A stretch of DNA of 44,577 nt, taken from the IMG/VR virus record IMGVR_UViG_3300036803_000043, positions 1 through 44,577 of that record. One strand, written 5' to 3'. A model generated the notes under the pieces. The model saw nothing but the letters and a program-made list of their open reading frames with translations, ran no database searches and had not been told where the DNA came from. How positions within the stretch are numbered: the first letter of the stretch is position 1; the number at the start of each line of letters is the position of its first letter. Positions 44,039-44,577 of the stretch are shown in pieces. Source of the stretch: a virus. Taxonomy: Duplodnaviria; Caudoviricetes. The position numbers were made by a program, and so were the translations under genes.

Positions 44039-44507
44039 CTAGCTCTACCCCAACTACCTTGAGCCGGCTACGCGAGGACTTGCGCGGCTTGGCGGCTGGC
44101 GCTGATGAGGTCACGTCGACCTTGGCTTCAGCCTCGATCAGCCAGCGATGCCGCTGCATGCCGGCGACCGAGAGCCCGAGGGATTCCAGCTGGCGCAGCA
44201 CCACGGTCTGCAGCATCACCGGGGCACCAGCAGCCTCGGCAGCGGCCAGGTTGCGGCAGAACAACGCGAGCTCGTGAGCCAGCCCGAGGCGCGACCACAT
44301 CACCGCTTGCGGCTTAGTCCACATCTCGTGCCACAGGGTGACCTCCCGGCCCGCGTACGGGCTAGCACTGGTCAGCGGCCAGTCCGGCACCGGTCCGTCA
44401 TAGCCACTGGCGGGTAAAATCGTCCAGCCGGCCAGCCCGCGGTTGCGCAGCGAGCTAGGGTCCGGGGGAGGCCCTGATATTGAGGCGCCACTAGGCAATC
44501 TATTCAC
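44022..44507 (-). CDS. terS: Terminase small subunit
   Basis: SGPPPDP..LR...W..LP...PDWPL...W..PQAVMW...LGLS..G...RW; first gene of the operon. Confidence 0.8.
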   Translation of the reverse strand: MNRLPSGASISGPPPDPSSLRNRGLAGWTILPASGYDGPVPDWPLTSASPYAGREVTLWHEMWTKPQAVMWSRLGLAHELALFCRNLAAAEAAGAPVMLQTVVLRQLESLGLSVAGMQRHRWLIEAEAKVDVTSSAPAAKPRKSSRSRLKVVGVELGEPDA

Positions 44508-44577
44508 CCTTTCGCATTGCGCGATTGTTTTCGGCCACGTTGCGTGACTTTTTATCTTGGCGCACCATTCAGCGGCC

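Larger units (their letters stand above)
1..44577. mobile_element. Actinobacterial tailed phage (siphovirus-like) genome, apparently complete, reverse orientation
   Basis: Full head-tail-lysis-replication gene set and no host genes; HNH at one end and terminase small subunit at the other, as in cos-type actinophages. Confidence 0.93.

Noticed and set aside
1-44577. Stop-codon recoding suggested by abundant TAG
   Set aside because: Core genes are full length under the standard code and several end in TAG

Overview
The window looks like a complete or near-complete ~44.6 kb GC-rich actinobacterial siphophage genome, shown in reverse orientation. From right to left on the minus strand are terminase small/large, portal, MuF-like head protein, scaffold, major capsid, head-tail connectors, major tail, frameshifting tail chaperones (GGGGGAA), tape measure, minor tail proteins and a lysis cassette (M15-like endolysin, holin, no lysin B). 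Positions 8.2-14.5 kb (+) hold an SF2 helicase, PD-(D/E)XK exonuclease, SSB-like protein and Holliday junction resolvase. Positions 0-8.2 kb (-) hold a family A DNA polymerase, a primase-polymerase/helicase, a probable origin and a terminal HNH nuclease. I see no integrase, ParA/B, tRNA or CRISPR array. The most striking element sits where an integration/immunity cassette would normally be: a ~5.9 kb module (14.7-20.6 kb) resembling the transfer/spread region of actinomycete conjugative plasmids and AICEs. It encodes an HTH regulator, a DUF2637/SpdA-like membrane protein, an FtsK/SpoIIIE TraB-like translocase, a GIY-YIG-like protein, Spd-like membrane proteins and many Cys/His microproteins. 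It is bracketed by a near-identical 16-bp palindrome-containing direct repeat and preceded by a highly structured non-coding region. All functional calls are by eye from motifs and synteny; no database searches were run.
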